29,986 nt of DNA from a virus (lineage: Duplodnaviria > Heunggongvirae > Uroviricota > Caudoviricetes). Both the position numbers and the translations under genes were made by a program. The notes beneath the pieces were generated by a model that saw only the letters and a program-made list of their open reading frames with translations, was not told the DNA's origin and did no database searches. The stretch lies in the IMG/VR virus record IMGVR_UViG_640753023_000011; one strand, written 5' to 3'. Shown here one piece after another: positions 1 through 8,127 of the stretch. The first letter of the stretch is position 1. Every line of letters begins with the position of its first letter.

Positions 1-535
1 TTACACCATACTGTTAACCTGGCCGGGTAATTCGCTAGCTGGAATACGAAAGGTATACCAGGCATAACGACAGCGTTTCCACAGGCTGGAGAAATGGAGA
101 TGATAAAGGCAATCTGCAATAATTTCGTTATCTGGATATAAAGACTCGGCAAAATGTGTCCAGCGCGCACTGAGTTTCATGTTAAACAGTTTTTCATCTT
201 CTTTGTTACCATACAGGCGCGACAAAGTAATCATTGCTTCGAGCGTACCTTTATTCGCTTCTTCTTGTACCTGTTGGAGGTGCAAATGAGCAAGTGAGAG
301 TTCTTTCACCTCAAAGATATTAAGTAAAAAAAGCCCCCATGCTTTTTCATGTCCAGCTTCATGAGCCAGAAATAAATTGTCAAGGAGATTTTTTTCATAA
401 ATAGCCCGTGTTTCTTTAGAAATTTCTTGTTTATTTAGTGCCTGGTAGCAGATAGCAATGCTAAAATAAATATTTTGTAGATCTTGTTGATGTTCGCTAT
501 AACCATAATTTTTACCAGTGGATAAGATACCGAGC
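1..535 (-). pseudogene. 3' continuation of the 435..2147 gene in another frame (helical, Sel1/TPR-like repeat-looking region)
   Basis: Manual minus-strand translation shows the frame of the 1..309 ORF stays open up to a stop at 535-537, overlapping the end of the 570-aa ORF, whose last ~35 aa look low-complexity and out of frame. Consistent with one ~700-aa gene split by a frameshift near 535-560, or a sequencing error. Confidence 0.35.
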
Positions 536-2147
536 TATGGAAATTTAGGTCATCTTGAAGTATTTTAAGTGCCCGTCGAAAATACTCCAAAGCTGTAGAT
601 GGTTCATAAGGTAATTTTGTATTGTCTTCCTTATCCAAATATTCAAGAGCAACTAAATTTAATGCGGCAGGAATATTTCTTTGCTTACCAATTGTCGCAA
701 GCGGAATGAAATAATCAGAAAGGTCAAACCAACTCAAATCTTTTATTGCCGACCGCCAATTATGATTGTATTTAATGTCACTAGCTTTTTCCAGCCAAGC
801 ATCGCCCTGCCCTTCATCTTTTTCAAAACCCAAAATACCCTCTCGCTGGAAAAACCCCCTATAAATAACAGGTGTAGCATAAGTTGTATTCTGTGAATTT
901 TGGCAGATAAAATTATATATCCAGAATGAATCTGGATAATAACTTAATGCAAATTTTATCGCGTACGCAGTGTAATAATTATTGAGCTTCATGTCTTCCA
1001 TCACCGCTCGCTGTATACAGCACCACAACTTATCGTGATCGTTCTGCTTGTTATAGCAGGCAAGTAACCACTCTAGGGCATTATGGCGACATTCCTGAAA
1101 TTGTGCGTACTGAGCAATATTCTCTGCTAAGTCGATTGCATATTGTTGCTCCTCGGGCGCAATGTCCTCAATGCTGACATCTCGGTAATCATCCCACCAA
1201 AGTAAGAGATCCATATAGTCATGTTCTTCGGTAGATAAGTGCTTACAGGTTACTGAATCCAGCAATTCGGAAATTTCTTTATGCGACCCTCCCCAGCGTG
1301 GCATTCGAAATGGTATATATTCAACAAAAGGATAAAAAGTGTGAGGAAAAATAGTCAGGCAAACAGAAAGCCAATATTTTTGCCCACCATCATCATCATA
1401 CTCAGGAAGTATATTGGGGCGAGGCAAAACGGGGCATATTGCATGCTCAAACGAAAGTCCGGAATACGCCATCAACGCTTCCACTTCTTGCGGGGAGCGG
1501 CGGTGATAATTTTTCAGTGCGATCATTAATGGTATTCCTGCGACACTATCACCGTTAAGGTGTGCCGCCAGCCAGGCTGGCTGACCAAATACTTTTGAGT
1601 TGGTGCTGGTAAGTAATGCAGCCATCCATTGTCGTGGGTCACAATCAATTGCTTTAAGTGTAGCGATGACCATTTGTTCATTACATGCACCAGCACAAAG
1701 CCACATTGCATGTGTGGTATCATTTGCCCAGCCATAACTGCGATATAACCATGCACGGTGATTCCAGTATTGTGCTTCGGCAAGCCAGGCATGTGTAGAA
1801 TGAGGTCTTGCTTGCTGCCAGGTTTTAATGAGTCTTAAACCTTCTGTTCCGGCATCAACTAGCGTGTTCATATCATAAAAATAGTTGCACATTTGGGTCC
1901 AGGATAAAAAATAGCGCTTTTCAGCCTGACGAGAAGTGAAACTCTCCTGTAATACCTGGTTATAAATTTCATCTAGTTCCTGATAACGTTTTTCTTGTAA
2001 CATATAAGGAATATTTGCGATTTGCCATTTTCTCTCAAGAGTATTAAGTGGCATTTTTTGGTCACACATCTTTTGCATTGCACTGAGTAAACGAGCATCC
2101 TGTTCCATAGATATCCTTTTAATTAGGTTCAAAAATTTTAAATTCAT
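435..2147 (-). CDS. hypothetical protein, Trp/Tyr-rich, 570 aa as called (probably frameshifted near its 3' end)
   Basis: Long ORF in the track; AT-rich codon usage; start overlaps the upstream 238-aa gene by 29 nt, suggesting an operon. No family recognised by eye. Confidence 0.55.
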   Translation of the reverse strand: MNLKFLNLIKRISMEQDARLLSAMQKMCDQKMPLNTLERKWQIANIPYMLQEKRYQELDEIYNQVLQESFTSRQAEKRYFLSWTQMCNYFYDMNTLVDAGTEGLRLIKTWQQARPHSTHAWLAEAQYWNHRAWLYRSYGWANDTTHAMWLCAGACNEQMVIATLKAIDCDPRQWMAALLTSTNSKVFGQPAWLAAHLNGDSVAGIPLMIALKNYHRRSPQEVEALMAYSGLSFEHAICPVLPRPNILPEYDDDGGQKYWLSVCLTIFPHTFYPFVEYIPFRMPRWGGSHKEISELLDSVTCKHLSTEEHDYMDLLLWWDDYRDVSIEDIAPEEQQYAIDLAENIAQYAQFQECRHNALEWLLACYNKQNDHDKLWCCIQRAVMEDMKLNNYYTAYAIKFALSYYPDSFWIYNFICQNSQNTTYATPVIYRGFFQREGILGFEKDEGQGDAWLEKASDIKYNHNWRSAIKDLSWFDLSDYFIPLATIGKQRNIPAALNLVALEYLDKEDNTKLPYEPSTALEYFRRALKILQDDLNFHSSVSYPLVKIMVIANINKIYKIFILALLSATRH

Positions 2148-2835
2148 TCCACGGCAATTTTTTCCAGTTACTGGATGGATCTTTCAACCATGCAGTGACT
2201 TCCTTTAAATCACGGTTCGCAGTGGCGACGGGGGTATCGTATATCATTAACCATTTTTGTCGGGCGCGAACATAAGCACTGGCATAATCTTCCCATGAAG
2301 CGAAACAATCTTGTGCTCTTTGAGCATTCAGTAATAACACTATCCAGGCCTGGTTTTCATCGCACCAGCCTAAACCGGCGATGCAACGAGTTAAAAAAGC
2401 AGTGCGCATACAGTCAAACGCCAGCCCATCCAGAACCTGGCCTTGTGCTGCCAGTTGTTCGTAAAAATCATGTGGAGAATTACCAAGCCCTGTAGCCCAG
2501 CGCTGTAATATAACGCCAATTTGTTGACGGAAATCTTCGTTGCTTTGGTAAGTTTCTGTTCCTAGCTCTTGTTTAACCTGTAGTGCAAGTTGTTGACGCT
2601 TATCATCAGTCAACTTTAAATCTAACGTGAAGCCATTTACTGACAGTCCATTACGACGAGCAACTATATCACCAATTGCTAATGCCCACTTACGTCTCTT
2701 TGTTGCTCGTCTTTTGTCCTTGATTAGATCCTTTTCTTTTTCTTTAGCAATAAAAGCATCGATTTGTGGTTTGTTTTTTTTGTATCTATAGATAAAAATA
2801 AATATTGCGACCAGGAGAACAATGATAAGACTCAT
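2119..2835 (-). CDS. hypothetical membrane-anchored protein (single N-terminal TM helix then a basic/charged linker), 238 aa
   Basis: ORF track; N-terminus MSLIIVLLVAIFIFIYRY is hydrophobic, followed by a Lys/Arg-rich stretch; its start codon overlaps the stop of the upstream 404-aa gene by 1 nt. Confidence 0.55.
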   Translation of the reverse strand: MSLIIVLLVAIFIFIYRYKKNKPQIDAFIAKEKEKDLIKDKRRATKRRKWALAIGDIVARRNGLSVNGFTLDLKLTDDKRQQLALQVKQELGTETYQSNEDFRQQIGVILQRWATGLGNSPHDFYEQLAAQGQVLDGLAFDCMRTAFLTRCIAGLGWCDENQAWIVLLLNAQRAQDCFASWEDYASAYVRARQKWLMIYDTPVATANRDLKEVTAWLKDPSSNWKKLPWNEFKIFEPN

Positions 2836-4049
2836 TATTTTTCAACCTCTGACAGGGGTAAGTAATGAGATGTCTGTAATGTCAAACTCTCTATCTCAAA
2901 GGAAATGTTGCTGATATTTTGACCTGCAAATTGCGGATGCCACTCAGCGCCAGGGAATAACATTTCCGCAGAAGTAGCAACTATAGGGTCAATAGCATTA
3001 AGATAATGTAACTTATCAGGTGCGCTGTGTAACAGTAACCACTGCAACTCCACTGAAGGATTTGTAAAATGTTCTAATAAATGAAAGTTATTATGTAGTA
3101 CGCTTAGTAAAAAACTGGTTTCGTATACTTCCGTTACATATTTCCACCCCTGATATTCAGGTGTATTTTCATAAACAATACCCATACCTTCACAATCACT
3201 ATGTCGAACTGCTTGTGGTGATAATAGTTGCAAAAGAGACAAAACATCGTCCGCATATTTTTTAACTGGATGACGATTTTGCTTACCTTTTATTTGATCA
3301 ATTTCAAGTGAATCACCAACAACATTGAGAGCAATAGTAACATGAGGAATATTATTATTATCACGCAAACTGAATAACCGTAATTTATGTTGCTCAATTT
3401 GATTTGCATAATACTCACCATAACCACCGGTAAGATTTTTTCGATCATCAAACTGGCCTACGCAATGTTGCATATGCCATGATTCATAAGCCATTTCACG
3501 ACGAAGGTTCGAATGACTGGCATCAAACTCAACAATTTTTCCGTCTGGCACATCAAGTATTGACTTTACAGTATTTTGTTCACTCGGCTGCCACCCTTTC
3601 TCGCGTCGTTGAAGCATCTTTTCATGCTCTTCTTCACGCATTCTGAACGCAACGTAGCAGGTTATGCGCTGTAGTTTTGATTCCAGACGGGTACCACATT
3701 TCCTGGAAAGAAATTCCACCAACTCCCGTTCTTTGGTTAATATTTGTTGATGATCGGTTTCGATATAATAAAGTGTCGCAGTTGATACTGAGGCAGTATT
3801 AAACTTCGATACCAGCCATTCCGGGATTACATCATCATTTTTATTAAACAGTGAATATTCTGCAAGCGAGTTAATTTGTTGCACCATTGGAAAGTCACTA
3901 ATTAGCCATCGATAAAAATGGTTGAGTAACCATTTTTGGATGGTCTCATTATCCTGGCGAAACAGACTTCTTTGCAAAATTGCTGTTTTTACTTCCGGGG
4001 CATTAATTACATCCCTTGCATTATAATTCTGGTGAATATTTCCAGTCAT
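2835..4049 (-). CDS. hypothetical protein, 404 aa, first gene of the AT-rich three-gene operon
   Basis: ORF track; AT-rich; preceded by a ~450-bp AT-rich non-coding region (4050-4500) likely holding its promoter. No motif recognised with confidence. Confidence 0.55.
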   Translation of the reverse strand: MTGNIHQNYNARDVINAPEVKTAILQRSLFRQDNETIQKWLLNHFYRWLISDFPMVQQINSLAEYSLFNKNDDVIPEWLVSKFNTASVSTATLYYIETDHQQILTKERELVEFLSRKCGTRLESKLQRITCYVAFRMREEEHEKMLQRREKGWQPSEQNTVKSILDVPDGKIVEFDASHSNLRREMAYESWHMQHCVGQFDDRKNLTGGYGEYYANQIEQHKLRLFSLRDNNNIPHVTIALNVVGDSLEIDQIKGKQNRHPVKKYADDVLSLLQLLSPQAVRHSDCEGMGIVYENTPEYQGWKYVTEVYETSFLLSVLHNNFHLLEHFTNPSVELQWLLLHSAPDKLHYLNAIDPIVATSAEMLFPGAEWHPQFAGQNISNISFEIESLTLQTSHYLPLSEVEK

Positions 4050-4536
4050 AACATCCGCCCGTGTTTATTATATCACTCAAAGCAATAATTGTTGACTATA
4101 GATTTTTTATCTAAATCAGCATGGTTGCAGGTACATACTCAAGTAAGCCACTCAAGAAAATAACGTAAACTCAATAGTGGCAGCGTCACAAACTTTGGAA
4201 ATTATGTCTTATATTTGCAGTTTATTTTAGTGAATAATTGAGATAAATGACATTATTTTACATCCTCAATAATTCAGGCTGTAAGAGGACGGCAAATACA
4301 TTCATAATTATCAGGGGATGAACATTCAGGAAAGTAGTCAGTATCGTCAACTTTTTCTTTTATCACTACATGAAGATTTCGTGTAGATACTCCCATCTCT
4401 GCCACTTCTCCCCTCACATTTACACTGGAGCTAAACCCGCCGATTGCGCTACAATGCCCGCCCTTAAAGTGGGGGCACTCCCCTAACCGCTTCATCAGGT
4501 GAAGCGGCTCTGACCTGTCATCAGAACGAGAGAATT

Positions 4537-5898
4537 ATGTTTAAACCGGAACTCCTTTCCCCGGCGGGAACGCTGAAAAATATGCGTTACGCTTTCGCTT
4601 ATGGCGCAGATGCTGTTTATGCGGGCCAGCCGCGTTACTCCCTGCGTGTACGCAACAACGAATTCAACCACGAAAATCTTCAGCTCGGCATCAATGAAGC
4701 CCACGCGCTGGGGAAAAAGTTTTATGTCGTGGTCAACATTGCACCGCACAACGCCAAGCTGAAAACCTTTATCCGTGACCTGAAACCGGTGGTGGAAATG
4801 GGGCCGGATGCGCTGATTATGTCCGATCCAGGGCTGATTATGCTGGTGCGTGAACACTTCCCGGAAATGCCAATCCACCTCTCGGTACAGGCTAACGCCG
4901 TAAACTGGGCGACGGTGAAATTCTGGCAGCAAATGGGTCTGACCCGCGTGATCCTCTCTCGCGAACTGTCACTGGAAGAGATTGAAGAGATCCGCAATCA
5001 GGTGCCGGATATGGAGATCGAAATCTTCGTTCACGGCGCGCTGTGCATGGCCTACTCCGGTCGCTGCCTGCTCTCTGGCTATATCAACAAGCGCGACCCG
5101 AACCAGGGCACCTGCACCAACGCCTGCCGCTGGGAGTACAATGTCCAGGAAGGGAAAGAAGATGACGTCGGCAACATCGTACACAAGTACGAGCCGATTC
5201 CGGTGCAAAATGTTGAGCCGACGCTGGGTATCGGCGCGCCAACCGACAAAGTGTTTATGATCGAAGAAGCCCAGCGTCCGGGCGAGTATATGACCGCGTT
5301 TGAAGATGAGCACGGCACTTACATCATGAACTCGAAAGATCTGCGCGCCATCGCCCATGTTGAACGCCTGACCAAAATGGGCGTGCATTCGCTGAAAATC
5401 GAAGGCCGTACCAAATCTTTCTACTATTGCGCACGCACCGCGCAGGTTTACCGTAAAGCTATCGATGACGCCGCTGCGGGCAAACCGTTCGATACCAGCC
5501 TGCTGGAAACGCTGGAAGGTCTGGCGCATCGTGGCTATACCGAAGGTTTCCTGCGTCGTCATACCCACGACGATTATCAGAACTACGAATACGGTTATTC
5601 GGTTTCTGACCGCCAGCAGTTTGTTGGTGAGTTTACCGGTGAGCGCAAGGGGGAGCTCGCGGCGGTAGCGGTGAAAAATAAATTCTCCGTTGGCGACAGC
5701 CTTGAGCTGATGACGCCGCAAGGCAACATTAACTTTACCCTTGAGCATATGGAAAACGCCAAAGGTGAAGCGATGCCGGTCGCACCAGGCGATGGTTATA
5801 CTGTGTGGCTCCCGGTGCCGCAGGATCTTGAGCTAAATTACGCGCTGCTGATGCGTAATTTCTCCGGGGAAACCACGCGTAACCCCCACGGTAAGTGA
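4537..5898 (+). CDS. yegQ: peptidase U32-family protein YegQ (TrhP)
   Basis: 453-aa ORF whose sequence I recognise as E. coli YegQ; typical core-genome GC content; synteny with cyaR immediately downstream. Confidence 0.9.
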   Translation: MFKPELLSPAGTLKNMRYAFAYGADAVYAGQPRYSLRVRNNEFNHENLQLGINEAHALGKKFYVVVNIAPHNAKLKTFIRDLKPVVEMGPDALIMSDPGLIMLVREHFPEMPIHLSVQANAVNWATVKFWQQMGLTRVILSRELSLEEIEEIRNQVPDMEIEIFVHGALCMAYSGRCLLSGYINKRDPNQGTCTNACRWEYNVQEGKEDDVGNIVHKYEPIPVQNVEPTLGIGAPTDKVFMIEEAQRPGEYMTAFEDEHGTYIMNSKDLRAIAHVERLTKMGVHSLKIEGRTKSFYYCARTAQVYRKAIDDAAAGKPFDTSLLETLEGLAHRGYTEGFLRRHTHDDYQNYEYGYSVSDRQQFVGEFTGERKGELAAVAVKNKFSVGDSLELMTPQGNINFTLEHMENAKGEAMPVAPGDGYTVWLPVPQDLELNYALLMRNFSGETTRNPHGK

Positions 5899-5982
5899 TT
5901 AATTTCGATTATTTTTCCCGGATGGAAAATTCTTAGAAACCGATCACATACAGCTGCATTTATTAAGGTTATCATCCGTTTC

Positions 5983-6069
5983 GCTGAAAAACATAACCCA
6001 TAAAATGCTAGCTGTACCAGGAACCACCTCCTTAGCCTGTGTAATCTCCCTTACGCAGGCTTATTTTTT
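5983..6069 (+). ncRNA. cyaR: CyaR (RyeE) small RNA
   Basis: Sequence gctgaaaaacataacccataaaatgctagctgtaccaggaaccacctcc... matches CyaR as I recall it, ending in a terminator hairpin (gcctgtgtaa/ttacgcaggc) plus a T-run; lies downstream of yegQ as in E. coli K-12. Confidence 0.85.
6043..6069. other. prophage attachment core, ogr-proximal copy (attR), overlapping the cyaR terminator
   Basis: 27-bp sequence aatctcccttacgcaggcttatttttt is repeated directly at 29314-29340 with 2 mismatches; the repeat matches the P2 att core as I recall it. Confidence 0.75.
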
Positions 6070-6132
6070 ACGCGTAACACAATGAAATAAAAGGATTTAT
6101 TTCTGGTCACGTCCACACATTGACCACATCGA

Positions 6133-6158
6133 CAAAAAAGCCCCTCGACTGAGGGGCT
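6133..6158 (-). terminator. rho-independent terminator downstream of ogr
   Basis: GC-rich inverted repeat gcccctc-gact-gaggggc followed on the minus strand by a T-run (plus-strand A6 at 6134-6139). Confidence 0.55.
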
Positions 6159-6170
6159 TCCTGTTTGTAA

Positions 6171-6389
6171 TTACATCCACATAATTTGCTGCCCTGACGG
6201 CAACGGGGGCGGTCTTACGGCGTGGACTTCTCCCGGCTTCACGATGTATCGCTGTACCGACTCATAAGTGATGAATGTGGCGCTGCAATTCACGTTCTGA
6301 CACTGGTGATAACGCTCTTTTGTCGTGTCAGTGATATAGCGGCTTGTACGCGCATGTGCGGCATGCTGGCATAAAGGACAATGAAACAT
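6171..6389 (-). CDS. ogr: Ogr, zinc-finger late-gene transcriptional activator (72 aa from MFHCPLCQ...)
   Basis: ORF contains MFHCPLCQHAAHARTSRYITDTTKERYHQCQNVNCSATF, the Ogr Cys4 zinc-finger sequence; the track ORF (6171..6452) has a 21-codon N-terminal extension that is probably not translated. Confidence 0.85.
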   Translation of the reverse strand: MFHCPLCQHAAHARTSRYITDTTKERYHQCQNVNCSATFITYESVQRYIVKPGEVHAVRPPPLPSGQQIMWM

Positions 6390-6470
6390 CGCGAGCACCT
6401 CTTCCGGTTTTGTTGATGGTGCTATTTTAGTTAATTTATCCTTATAAAACAAATAGATAAAATAAAAACA

Positions 6471-7634
6471 TCACTCATCATCTTCTGTTTCGTACTCCAC
6501 ATCAGAAAGCCTGACCTCAAGCTCCAAGGACGTCGTGAAGCCGCTATTATTCAGAAAATGTGTCACCTTAGTGATTGTCCAGTCCTGCTCGTCTATGACG
6601 CGCTTAAAGCCTGACACTTTAACCGGTGTTTCCGTGTAAATATCTGCCCGACCGGTAGCCAGGCTGATGGAGAACTCCGCAACGCCCCGTTGCAGCTTAT
6701 CCCACTTCGCCTGAGCGGCGCGCATGGCCTGCGCTTTCGTGGCATATACCGCGGTCAGGGCAAAAACATTGTCAGCCTCACCTGCCATGTATTCACCTTC
6801 GCGCGCTTCCGGTACTTTTGGCGCTTTCTTCTGCGTGACTGGTTTCGCTTTCGGGTGCTCCAGTGCGCGCAGGTGTTTCTCTTTCTTTTTGCGTTTCAGT
6901 TTTACCTTCTGCTTTTGTGGCTTCGGGTCTTTGGTGTGTAACCACTTTGCCGTTACGCCGGTATAGGCTCCACGGTCAGCAATCGCAAAATGATGGCGGT
7001 CGCCGTCGCTGCGGGTGATGGTAATCTGCGGGATTTTTTTACCGCTGGCCGTCACCCCCTGCCCCGCCTTGAGAAACAACAGTTTTCCCATTTTTACCGA
7101 CACCTCACCGCCGTTGCGTTCAGCAAGGCGGGTCAGGAATTTTGCATCAGACTCCTGCGACTGGTCGATGTGCGGGATTTTAATTCCGGCCAGTGACGGA
7201 GCGACACTGGCTTCCAGCCTGTTACGGGAGGCTATCGCTTCAACAATCGCACCGAGCGTGGTGTCATGCCAGGAGCCTTCACGGCGGGAATTGAGCGTCC
7301 CGCGAAAATCTGCACTCCGGGCGCGGATGGTGACCACATCCGGTGCGCCCCGGTGTTCAACCTCATCAACGGTAAATTTCCCTTTGCATACCAGGGCAAA
7401 ACCTTTCCAGCCGATATACACCGTCAGGACAGCGCCACGAACCGGCAGCCCGACCTGCCCGTCGGCATCGTTCAGTTCAATATCAAGCTGGTCAGCCTCA
7501 AAGCCCCGGTTATCCGTCAGGGTCATGCTCATCAGACGGTCGCTGATATTGCCGGTAATATCCCTGTTGTCGAGCATCAGCATGTAATCCGGCGTCAGCG
7601 TACTGCCTGCATCAAATGTCAGTGCATCCAGCAT
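6471..7634 (-). CDS. D: P2 gpD-like tail protein (late control gene D)
   Basis: 387 aa, same length and position as P2 D, between ogr and U. Confidence 0.8.
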   Translation of the reverse strand: MLDALTFDAGSTLTPDYMLMLDNRDITGNISDRLMSMTLTDNRGFEADQLDIELNDADGQVGLPVRGAVLTVYIGWKGFALVCKGKFTVDEVEHRGAPDVVTIRARSADFRGTLNSRREGSWHDTTLGAIVEAIASRNRLEASVAPSLAGIKIPHIDQSQESDAKFLTRLAERNGGEVSVKMGKLLFLKAGQGVTASGKKIPQITITRSDGDRHHFAIADRGAYTGVTAKWLHTKDPKPQKQKVKLKRKKKEKHLRALEHPKAKPVTQKKAPKVPEAREGEYMAGEADNVFALTAVYATKAQAMRAAQAKWDKLQRGVAEFSISLATGRADIYTETPVKVSGFKRVIDEQDWTITKVTHFLNNSGFTTSLELEVRLSDVEYETEDDE

Positions 7635-8113
7635 TATCCCGCCCCCGTCATATCCGTGAATTTAGTCGCCATACTGCCAGCCTTACCGATGAGCGATTCT
7701 GCCTGTTTACCGATATCGCCATAAAGCGCGGCCAGTGATTCATCAACGCGGGTGAGCGACAGCGTAAAATCAATTTTCCGGGGTGTGCCGTCTGCAAAGA
7801 AAATACTCCCTGTTTCACTCACCCTGCTGATGACATACATGCCGTAAATCATGCCGGTGCCATCCAGCAACGGCCACGCCCGGCCTTCCTCAGCCATCAG
7901 CCTGAGCGTGGTCATCGTCAGCTTGCCGCCGGTCAGTTCGGGATAAAGCACACCGGCAAGCGTGATATTTTCCTCGCCAACACCGAGAAACTGAAAGGCA
8001 TCCCGTTTGCCGATACGGGAATTTGACGCCCAGCGATAATCTGATTCACGCTGCATGGTCTGGTGTGGCAGCGTCTGGCGCATAAAAACAAACATACCTA
8101 ACGCGAGCATCAT
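7634..8113 (-). CDS. U: P2 gpU-like tail protein
   Basis: 159 aa; stop overlaps the D start; position between T and D as in P2. Confidence 0.8.
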   Translation of the reverse strand: MMLALGMFVFMRQTLPHQTMQRESDYRWASNSRIGKRDAFQFLGVGEENITLAGVLYPELTGGKLTMTTLRLMAEEGRAWPLLDGTGMIYGMYVISRVSETGSIFFADGTPRKIDFTLSLTRVDESLAALYGDIGKQAESLIGKAGSMATKFTDMTGAG

Positions 8114-8127
8114 TTTTCGTCACCTCC

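Noticed and set aside
4274-4932. 73-aa and 145-aa minus-strand ORFs around the yegQ promoter and 5' end
   Set aside because: Overlap the yegQ leader and start; no RBS or recognisable motif; more likely non-coding promoter region.
4969-5748. 259-aa minus-strand ORF, plus several smaller ORFs, inside yegQ
   Set aside because: Antisense to, or out of frame with, a well-supported conserved gene; Arg/Ala-rich translation typical of spurious ORFs in GC-rich coding DNA.
6390-6452. N-terminal extension of ogr (93-aa ORF in the track)
   Set aside because: Ogr is a ~72-aa protein starting MFHCPLCQ; the upstream in-frame ATG probably lies in the 5' UTR.
7015-7587. 190-aa plus-strand ORF inside gene D
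   Set aside because: Antisense to gpD; Ser/Pro/Arg-rich composition typical of a shadow ORF.
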